From a virus (lineage: Duplodnaviria > Heunggongvirae > Uroviricota > Caudoviricetes), in the IMG/VR virus record IMGVR_UViG_2648501437_000030: a DNA stretch of 35,867 nt; one strand, 5' to 3'. Within the stretch, counting starts at the first letter, position 1; every line of letters starts with the position of its first letter. Below are positions 29,587 through 35,867 of this stretch, one piece after another. The notes under the pieces are model-generated. The model was not told where the DNA came from. It saw only the letters and a program-made list of their open reading frames with translations, and ran no database searches. Both the position numbers and the translations under genes were made by a program.

Positions 29587-30582
29587 ATGTTTTATGTGGA
29601 TAACCCGACGGGTGTGCCGGTGATGCCACCTGTCGCGGCGGTATCAAGCCTGGCGACGCTTTATTTCACCGAAGGCGGGAACGGTATTCCGCCCACGTAT
29701 CCGGGGCCGGACTGGTTTAATATTATTCAGTCTGAACTGCTGGAAATTCTCCGGCAGGCAAATATCAAACCGGATAAAAATACCACCAACCAGATTATGA
29801 CAGCGCTGAAAAAACTGTTTATTACGAACAGTGGTTCAGCCGGTGCTATTGCCGGATTAACCGGTCAGAATAATACATTCCCTTATTTTACCGGCAAAGA
29901 CACAATGGCATTAACACCGCTCAGTGCGTTTGTGCGCAGTATTCTCGGGAAAAACAGCGCCAGTGAATTTATTAAAGCAATCGGCCTGTCACCAGACATC
30001 CTTTTATCAAAAGGACCGGTGACAGCATTAAGCAGTACAGCACAGGGCAATGCAGGACTTCAGATGTATGAAGTGTACAACAACGGCTATCCCACAGCTT
30101 ATGGCAATGTTCTGCATCTGAAAGGCGCGGCAGCATCTGGCGAAGGCGAACTGCTGATTGGCTGGAGTGGCACGAGCGGTGCGCATGCTCCGGTTTATAT
30201 TCGCTCAAGGCGTGATACCACCGATGCAGTCTGGTCTGAATGGGCGCAGGTGTTTACATCAAAAGACAGCTTCAACGCAGCATCCGCCACAAAACTACAG
30301 ACCCCACGCAAAATTAACGGTACGGCATTTGATGGCACCAGAGATATCACCATCAGCAGCACCGATTCTGGTGCTGTGCGTGATTTCAGATACACCAGCG
30401 AAGTGTTTCACAATCCCGGTGGTAACGAAATTTCCTGGGTATTCCGCGCGCCTTCAGGGTGTATTTTGTCAGGTATTAACGTTCAGGATACTGGCAGAAG
30501 TTCTGCGGATAACATCGGCGGCGTGTATTACAAACAAACCCAGATTTATATCAATGGCGGATGGCGCACGGTATCCGGCTAA
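29587..30582 (+). CDS. Tail fibre protein (Mu S-like, single fixed version)
   Basis: 331 aa; Gly/Ser/Thr-rich C-terminal region; followed by a U-like assembly gene. Confidence 0.75.
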   Translation: MFYVDNPTGVPVMPPVAAVSSLATLYFTEGGNGIPPTYPGPDWFNIIQSELLEILRQANIKPDKNTTNQIMTALKKLFITNSGSAGAIAGLTGQNNTFPYFTGKDTMALTPLSAFVRSILGKNSASEFIKAIGLSPDILLSKGPVTALSSTAQGNAGLQMYEVYNNGYPTAYGNVLHLKGAAASGEGELLIGWSGTSGAHAPVYIRSRRDTTDAVWSEWAQVFTSKDSFNAASATKLQTPRKINGTAFDGTRDITISSTDSGAVRDFRYTSEVFHNPGGNEISWVFRAPSGCILSGINVQDTGRSSADNIGGVYYKQTQIYINGGWRTVSG

Positions 30583-30596
30583 TTAAGGAGAAAATA

Positions 30597-31127
30597 ATGG
30601 AACTCAGAAACGTCACGCGTTATTACCCGGAAGAGATGCCTTATGGTGAAAACATTCAGTATTTCCGCAGTGAAGACGGACAGGATTTTTATGAATCACT
30701 GGATAAATTCACGAAGAAATACAAATTGTGTATTCACCCGGAAACCGGCGTGATTTATTCAATGGCAGAAGACGTGTCCCGTCTTTATCCTGTTGGTTTT
30801 ACCATTGTGGAAGTGGATGAACTGCCGGAGGGTTTTGGCATCGAAGCCAGCTGGTATTACCGGGATGGCGAAGTACTGCCAGTTCCTGTTGATTATTCGA
30901 AACTGGCAGAAAAGCAACGTCAGCGCTTGCTGAATGAAGCAAAGGAAATCACTTCCGACTGGAAAACCGAGCTGGAGCTTGGCACCATCAGTGATGACGA
31001 CAAGGCCCGTCTTACGCAGTGGATGGAATATATCAAAGCGGTAAAGGCGCTGGATTTAAGCACCGTTACTGACGAAGCCTCCTTTAATGCCATCAACTGG
31101 CCGGAGCGTCCCGATGCCGCAGCTTAA
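30597..31127 (+). CDS. Tail fibre assembly protein (Mu U / Tfa-like)
   Basis: 176 aa from ATG 30597 (RBS AAGGAG); Tfa-type organisation. Confidence 0.75.
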   Translation: MELRNVTRYYPEEMPYGENIQYFRSEDGQDFYESLDKFTKKYKLCIHPETGVIYSMAEDVSRLYPVGFTIVEVDELPEGFGIEASWYYRDGEVLPVPVDYSKLAEKQRQRLLNEAKEITSDWKTELELGTISDDDKARLTQWMEYIKAVKALDLSTVTDEASFNAINWPERPDAAA

Positions 31128-33711
31128 AGGTGTGATTAAAACGCCCACGGGAGAACCGCTGGGCGGCGCAACCATTACACTGACCTCCCTGCACAACCGT
31201 GCAGGGATTCTGAAAGGTGTTTTCAGTCACGTCACCACACAGAATGGGGAATATAACTTCCCCGTTCTGCCGGGCGTGTACAGCGTTCGCCTGACGCAGA
31301 GTGTACAGCGCCTTTCAGAAATCGGTGTCATCCGCGTTTATGAAGATTCAGCGGATGGTTCGCTGAATGATTTTCTGGGCGCAACCGATATTGACCTGCG
31401 CCCGGAATCCCTGAAGAAATACGAGGAACTGGCACAGCAGGCGCAGCAGAGCGCGGAAGCCGCAGCAGAAAGCGAGCAGCAGGCAGGGCAACATGCAGAC
31501 GCTGCCGCCCGGGAAAAAGAAGAGGTAAAAAACCTGGCGGAAGGTGTTCAGCAGAACGCCGACGCGGTTGCGGAGGGTAAACAACAGGTCGAAACTCTGG
31601 CCTCAGAAGTTGGGCAGAATGCCGCCGCGGCAGCCATGAGTGCTCAGGAGGCGAAAGACGCAGCCGGGCATGTGCAGGGATTCATTCATGACCACCTTTC
31701 AGTATCAACCCGTTATTCGGTAACAGAGGCGAACCGTCAGCTACAGGCGTTGAGGATAAACAGCGGGCGCTACGAGGGGCTGTGGCGCTACCTGAATGCG
31801 AACGGTGGTATCAACTGGTATTTTCTGTTTCTTGCCGTGTATGAAAGTGAAGGAAAATGCTTTTCCCTCAGTGACCGTATGACAATTTGCGAAAAGGCGT
31901 TAAGACTGGGGCTTGTGGTTCCGTTTATGACAGGTTGCCGTTATGAAGCCGGGCAGCGCCTGACAATAGACGGCACGCTCTTTTTTGTTAATATCGCGGG
32001 CACCACCGGGGAAACGTTGCCTGATATCACCTCTGTAGCCCCCGGAGATTTTGTCCGGACTGGCTCCGCTGTGCTGGAGTGCCTGAAAAGCCCCTCAAAC
32101 CGAATCCCGGCTGCATGGCAGTATTTTTTTCTGGATGTGGCTCCGGATTTGTATACCCCCGTTGCGCCGGACTCCACGGACAGCTACCCGGCGCTCTGGT
32201 TCGCCTGCATTGCTGAATTTGCGGACAGTGCCTGGTTACAGGAGCCAGCCGGAATCGGCGGGTCCAGCCGCTGGGAAATCATAAAACAGGTGGCAAAGTT
32301 CAATATCGTTGCTGAAATAAATCCGGTGGCCAGTCTGGTAAACGTATTCCAGCACAATCTTGCACCCGGTGACCGGGCTTATGCACAGTGTTTTTGTCAG
32401 GATAACGCAGAGGTTTATGCTGGTTTACGTGCACTGAAAACACTGGCTGACCTTGCCGGAGATACCACTGCTGCAACTGAATATACCGCTGCCATGAAAA
32501 CCATCAGGGCTGGCCTGCTTGCGTTGTTTGTACCTGAACAAAAACGGTTCCTGACGTATTACAACGAGACGGATTACCCGGCAGAGCCTGGTGAAGGGCG
32601 TTTTGTTGATAAGGACCGTTTTTCTGTGGCCCCGTGGCGCTTTGGGGTGCTGGAAACACAGGAAGAAGTGGAACGGTACGGCAGGCAGGTTCTGGACGCC
32701 ATACAGAGTGCTTACCCGGACCTGTTCACGGCAAATTACGACGGCATTGATACGTTTGCCATGAGTGATTTTTTTGCTTTTGTGGCAAAGGTTACCACTT
32801 CTCAGACGGCAGCCACGGCTGCCATCAGACGCCTGCAAATCCGGGCGACATCTGCCGTCACGGTGGCCGACGTTGCCGCCGCCATATCCGTTACAGCCTG
32901 GGGAAAAATCCCACAGTTTCGTGCCTGTGATTTTATGCGCATCAACGGGCATTCCGTGCTCGGAGGGGGCGATATCACGCTGGGCGCGGCGACCACAATG
33001 GAGCCACAGAGTGATATTCGCGACAGGACGGAAGGCAGGCTGGCACTTCCCGATGCCTTCGGTTTTGGGCGTATATTCAACACAAACGAAACTGTCCGCT
33101 TTGACTCAGAAAATGATTTTCTGGTGTGGGTAAAACAGGTCACGCCAGGAGAATATTTTGTTGAGGGTGGCAATAAAATTATACCCAATGTGCTGTTCAG
33201 CGGGATTGTCAGTATTCGGTGGATTGAGTCCAGATATGCCACACCGAGTCCGATAAATACAGCAAAGGCGATTATTTTCTATGGTGTTAATGGCCACATT
33301 TATTACAACCGCTACTGGACCACAGGAAATGGTTATCTCATTGACTGGGAATCACTGAAGGTAACCTCGCAGGACATTATTGCTCTTCTGTCCGGCCTTG
33401 CTCCCGGAACTACAGATACCTGGTACGGCACTGGCAGCCTGATACTGGCGGCATATAACGGCCAGGGAAACGCAGACCCGGACCGCAGAATAAAGCGAGG
33501 TTACAGCTATCCTGGGTCACGTCTGAGTGCGGTTGAATTGATGTGTTACGGTACGACCGGGACCGGGGTTAAATACAACGGCAGTGTTTCTGTGTATGTT
33601 CAGGGTTCCGGTGGCGGAATGCCAGGCACATACCGGGCATTGTCGGGGAATGGACTGGGGTCTGCCGGTTCCGCCAGCGTCATGATTGGTCTGTTTATAC
33701 GAGTTGCGTAG
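31114..33711 (+). CDS. Lambda-Stf-like side tail fibre/tailspike with large central domain of unknown (possibly enzymatic) function
   Basis: 866 aa from ATG 31114; N-terminal domain (...VYSVRLTQ...IRVYEDSADGSLNDFLGA) matches lambda Stf family N-termini, then Ala/Gln/Glu-rich coiled coil, about 500 aa globular region, Gly-rich C-terminus. Confidence 0.75.
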   Translation: MPQLKGVIKTPTGEPLGGATITLTSLHNRAGILKGVFSHVTTQNGEYNFPVLPGVYSVRLTQSVQRLSEIGVIRVYEDSADGSLNDFLGATDIDLRPESLKKYEELAQQAQQSAEAAAESEQQAGQHADAAAREKEEVKNLAEGVQQNADAVAEGKQQVETLASEVGQNAAAAAMSAQEAKDAAGHVQGFIHDHLSVSTRYSVTEANRQLQALRINSGRYEGLWRYLNANGGINWYFLFLAVYESEGKCFSLSDRMTICEKALRLGLVVPFMTGCRYEAGQRLTIDGTLFFVNIAGTTGETLPDITSVAPGDFVRTGSAVLECLKSPSNRIPAAWQYFFLDVAPDLYTPVAPDSTDSYPALWFACIAEFADSAWLQEPAGIGGSSRWEIIKQVAKFNIVAEINPVASLVNVFQHNLAPGDRAYAQCFCQDNAEVYAGLRALKTLADLAGDTTAATEYTAAMKTIRAGLLALFVPEQKRFLTYYNETDYPAEPGEGRFVDKDRFSVAPWRFGVLETQEEVERYGRQVLDAIQSAYPDLFTANYDGIDTFAMSDFFAFVAKVTTSQTAATAAIRRLQIRATSAVTVADVAAAISVTAWGKIPQFRACDFMRINGHSVLGGGDITLGAATTMEPQSDIRDRTEGRLALPDAFGFGRIFNTNETVRFDSENDFLVWVKQVTPGEYFVEGGNKIIPNVLFSGIVSIRWIESRYATPSPINTAKAIIFYGVNGHIYYNRYWTTGNGYLIDWESLKVTSQDIIALLSGLAPGTTDTWYGTGSLILAAYNGQGNADPDRRIKRGYSYPGSRLSAVELMCYGTTGTGVKYNGSVSVYVQGSGGGMPGTYRALSGNGLGSAGSASVMIGLFIRVA

Positions 33712-33718
33712 GTGATTT

Positions 33719-34285
33719 ATGGAAGTAAAAAAAATCGAAAATGCGCGCTGGCTGGAAAGCGGCGCGATTGACTGCGACGTATTGTTTGAGGGGATGGACG
33801 AGGCCCTGCCGTATACAGCGACAGCAGACGATACCGCACCGACGGGCCAGCAAATCTGGCAGGAACTGCAAAGTGGCAAATGGGGTGAAATCGCCCCGTT
33901 TACAGTCACGCCTGAACTTATCGCAGCGGCAAAAGATGCCAAAAAGATGGAAATCGAGGCGTGGCGCACAGAACAGGAGGCACTGCCGTTCACGTTCGAA
34001 TGGAATGGCCGCACCTGGAATGCTGGCCCCGACTCAATGGCCCGTCTTTATCCGGTAGTAATGGCGGCGAAATCCGATACGGCACGAACCACCCTTGCGT
34101 GGGGTGATGCCGATAATCAACAGGTGAAACTGTCAATGCCGGAACTGGAAGAACTGGCGACAGCAATGGCGCAGGCACAGGTCGATCGCAATGACGAGAT
34201 TTATCAGCGCCAGCGTGAAATGAAGGAGCAGCTTTCCCGGCTGTCCATACTGGACGAGGTGAGAGCGTTATCGGTGATTAAATAA
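33719..34285 (+). CDS. Tail fibre assembly chaperone-like protein (DUF4376-type)
   Basis: 188 aa immediately downstream of the Stf-like gene; FEWNGRTWNAGPDSMARL motif typical of fibre-adjacent chaperone-like proteins. Confidence 0.6.
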   Translation: MEVKKIENARWLESGAIDCDVLFEGMDEALPYTATADDTAPTGQQIWQELQSGKWGEIAPFTVTPELIAAAKDAKKMEIEAWRTEQEALPFTFEWNGRTWNAGPDSMARLYPVVMAAKSDTARTTLAWGDADNQQVKLSMPELEELATAMAQAQVDRNDEIYQRQREMKEQLSRLSILDEVRALSVIK

Positions 34286-34303
34286 TCAGTTTGTATAGTT
34301 TAT

Positions 34304-34331
34304 GACGATCGATAACATCATATCGATCGTC
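34304..34331. promoter_or_regulatory. Perfect 11-bp inverted repeat with two GATC sites upstream of com/mom
   Basis: GACGATCGATA-acatca-TATCGATCGTC, GATC at 34307..34310 and 34325..34328, about 75 bp upstream of the com start. Confidence 0.45.
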
Positions 34332-34404
34332 GGTTTGCATCAGTTGTGATTAAATACCCCCAGCCCTCCGGGCGGTCATGTCTGGTTATTACACAGGGGG
34401 AATC

Positions 34405-34590
34405 ATGGACTCTGTTCGCTGTAAAAACTGCAATAAATTACTGTTTAAAGGAGGTTTTAAGCATATAGAAATTAAATGCCCTCGCTGTAAACGTTACATT
34501 GTCATATCGAATGCCAAAGAGCATCCCACGGAGCTGTATTGTGGGAAAAGAGAAGAAATCACGCATTCTGACAAAACCCTGCGTTATTGA
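34405..34590 (+). CDS. com: Com zinc-finger translational activator of mom
   Basis: 61 aa from ATG 34405 (RBS AGGGGG); ...[26 protein letters not shown]... near-identical to Mu Com as recalled. Confidence 0.85.
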   Translation: MDSVRCKNCNKLLFKGGFKHIEIKCPRCKRYIVISNAKEHPTELYCGKREEITHSDKTLRY

Positions 34591-35245
34591 GTATGAAGGC
34601 CGGATTGTCGGCTATGGTTCAAGGGAGTTGCGCGTTGAAACCATATCCTGTTGGCTGGCCCGCACAATCATTCAGACAAAACACTATTCCCGCCGTTTTG
34701 TGAATAACTCCTACCTGCATCTGGGCGTATTCAGCGGACGTGATCTGGTTGGCGTTCTTCAGTGGGGATATGCCCTTAACCCCAACTCAGGGCGTCGTGT
34801 TGTGCTGGAAACGGATAACCGGAGCTATATGGAACTGAACCGCATGTGGTTACACGACGACATGCCCCGCAACTCTGAATCACGGGCCATCAGCTACGCG
34901 CTAAAAACCATCAGACTACTGTATCCGTCAGTGGAGTGGGTTCAGTCTTTTGCCGACGAACGCTGCGGACGCGCTGGTGTGGTATATCAGGCGTCGAATT
35001 TTGATTTTATTGGCAGCCATGAAAGCACGTTCTACGAGCTGGATGGTGAGTGGTATCACGAGATAACGATGAACGCGATTAAGCGTGGAGGGCAACGAGG
35101 CGTGTATTTGCGGGCTAATAAGGAGCGGGCCGTGGTACACAAATTTAATCAGTATCGCTACATCAGGTTCCTGAATAAGCGCGCAAAAAAGCGACTAAAC
35201 ACTAAGCTATTCAGGATTCAGCCATACCCCAAAAACACATCTTGA
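34511..35245 (+). CDS. mom: Mom DNA-modification enzyme (adenine N6 carbamoylmethyl-type modification); start codon uncertain
   Basis: ORF open from 34499 (TTG); in-frame ATG 34511 and GTG 34541; overlaps the 3-prime end of com; sequence closely matches Mu Mom as recalled. Confidence 0.85.
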   Translation: MPKSIPRSCIVGKEKKSRILTKPCVIEYEGRIVGYGSRELRVETISCWLARTIIQTKHYSRRFVNNSYLHLGVFSGRDLVGVLQWGYALNPNSGRRVVLETDNRSYMELNRMWLHDDMPRNSESRAISYALKTIRLLYPSVEWVQSFADERCGRAGVVYQASNFDFIGSHESTFYELDGEWYHEITMNAIKRGGQRGVYLRANKERAVVHKFNQYRYIRFLNKRAKKRLNTKLFRIQPYPKNTS

Positions 35246-35271
35246 TTTGTATCAAATAATTTTGTCATGCC

Positions 35272-35300
35272 TTGCTTGAAAAAATTTATCGTTTTATAAA
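35272..35300 (+). promoter_or_regulatory. Candidate sigma70 promoter for the post-mom cargo gene
   Basis: TTGCTT, 17-bp spacer, TATAAA, about 65 bp upstream of the 35364 start; AT-rich context. Confidence 0.4.
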
Positions 35301-35363
35301 CATATACATGGAGAATTCCTGGTTCTCTTTAAATTTTACTTTGGTTCAGAATAGGAAATTTTT

Positions 35364-35867
35364 ATGATGCGCAAAGCTCTCAAGATGGTCCTTATTACTA
35401 CAGCGATAATCTCACCAATAGCGCAGGCACAATGGCTAACCCAAACCGAAGATGACTTGTTTTCTGATGGTAAAAAGGCAGCGATGATTGGTGAAACGTC
35501 ATCTGACAATAGTGCGATCATTTTCAATTGTACAAAAAATACTCTTACCGCTGCATACGTGGAGATGGACAAAACACACGAATCAACAGCCAAAATGCCA
35601 ATGGAGTTGGTGATGAAAGTTGATGGAAATAACGCACTCAAATTTAACGCAACGCTTTCAAGAAGGAACGTGCAAGCTCTCGAAATTGCAACTAATGATG
35701 CTGAACAACTCAAAATTCTTCTCAAACAACTGAAGGAAGCCAAATCTCAAGTATTGGTTGGCGCGCAAACAGAAGATGGCGGCAGCAAATTTTCCCTTTC
35801 TGCTAATGTGTCCGGCTCAACTTCTGCTGTTAATAAGTTTGTAGCGGCATGTGAAATAAAATTGTAA
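35364..35867 (+). CDS. Exported protein of unknown function (cleavable signal peptide), cargo gene downstream of mom
   Basis: 167 aa, RBS AGGAAA; signal-like N-terminus MMRKALKMVLITTAIISPIAQAQ; two Cys in mature part; lower GC than phage core; stop at the last base of the window. Confidence 0.6.
   Translation: MMRKALKMVLITTAIISPIAQAQWLTQTEDDLFSDGKKAAMIGETSSDNSAIIFNCTKNTLTAAYVEMDKTHESTAKMPMELVMKVDGNNALKFNATLSRRNVQALEIATNDAEQLKILLKQLKEAKSQVLVGAQTEDGGSKFSLSANVSGSTSAVNKFVAACEIKL

Larger units (their letters stand above)
902..35867 (+). mobile_element. Mu-like transposable prophage (left end at 902; right end not reached within the window)
   Basis: Mu-type left end, c/ner/A/B, gam, mor, Mu-order morphogenesis genes, com/mom; no right-end repeats seen after mom. 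Confidence 0.85.

Noticed and set aside
31114-34404. Possible invertible G segment with gin recombinase as in Mu
   Set aside because: No serine-recombinase-like ORF and no convergent alternative fibre genes; the region is two co-directional genes, so I treat it as a fixed Stf-like module.
35246-35867. Prophage right end (attR) within the window
   Set aside because: No inverted copy of the left-end TGTATTGATTCAC / CGAAAAA repeats was found after mom; the boundary appears to lie beyond the window.
1-35867. CRISPR arrays, tRNA or rRNA genes
   Set aside because: No regularly spaced direct repeats and no tRNA-like or rRNA-like sequence noticed; the only repeats are the duplicated terminator and short promoter-region repeats.

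Overview
The window is almost entirely a Mu-like transposable prophage, read left to right on the + strand. It starts at position 902, inside the 3-prime end of a host sugar ABC-transporter permease gene (1..909), whose last codons and stop are supplied by the phage end. The left end closely resembles the phage Mu attL as I recall it (TGTATTGATTCAC...GAAGTACGAAAAA, then CGTGAAACGCGAAAG and GTTTCATTAAAAATACGAAAAAC). Gene order is Mu-like: repressor c (minus strand), ner, transposase A, ATPase B, a semi-essential early region with small ORFs and gam, a gp16/GemA-like gene, a single Mor/C-family activator, a lysis cassette, terminase, portal, head genes, sheath/tube/chaperone/tape measure, baseplate, tail fibre S and assembly protein U, then com and mom. 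Three departures from canonical Mu stand out. There is no invertible G segment or gin; instead a 874-aa lambda-Stf-like fibre/spike gene and a Tfa-like chaperone follow U. Only one Mor/C-type activator is present. The prophage does not end after mom: an AT-rich promoter and a signal-peptide protein gene follow, and no right-end repeats appear before the window ends. I did not find a CRISPR array, tRNA/rRNA gene, or a recognisable known defence system. The best candidates for something new are the post-mom cargo, the early-region accessory cluster (6628..7727) and the enzymatic-looking central domain of the Stf-like protein. All functional calls rest on reading the translations and recalling known families; no database search was run.
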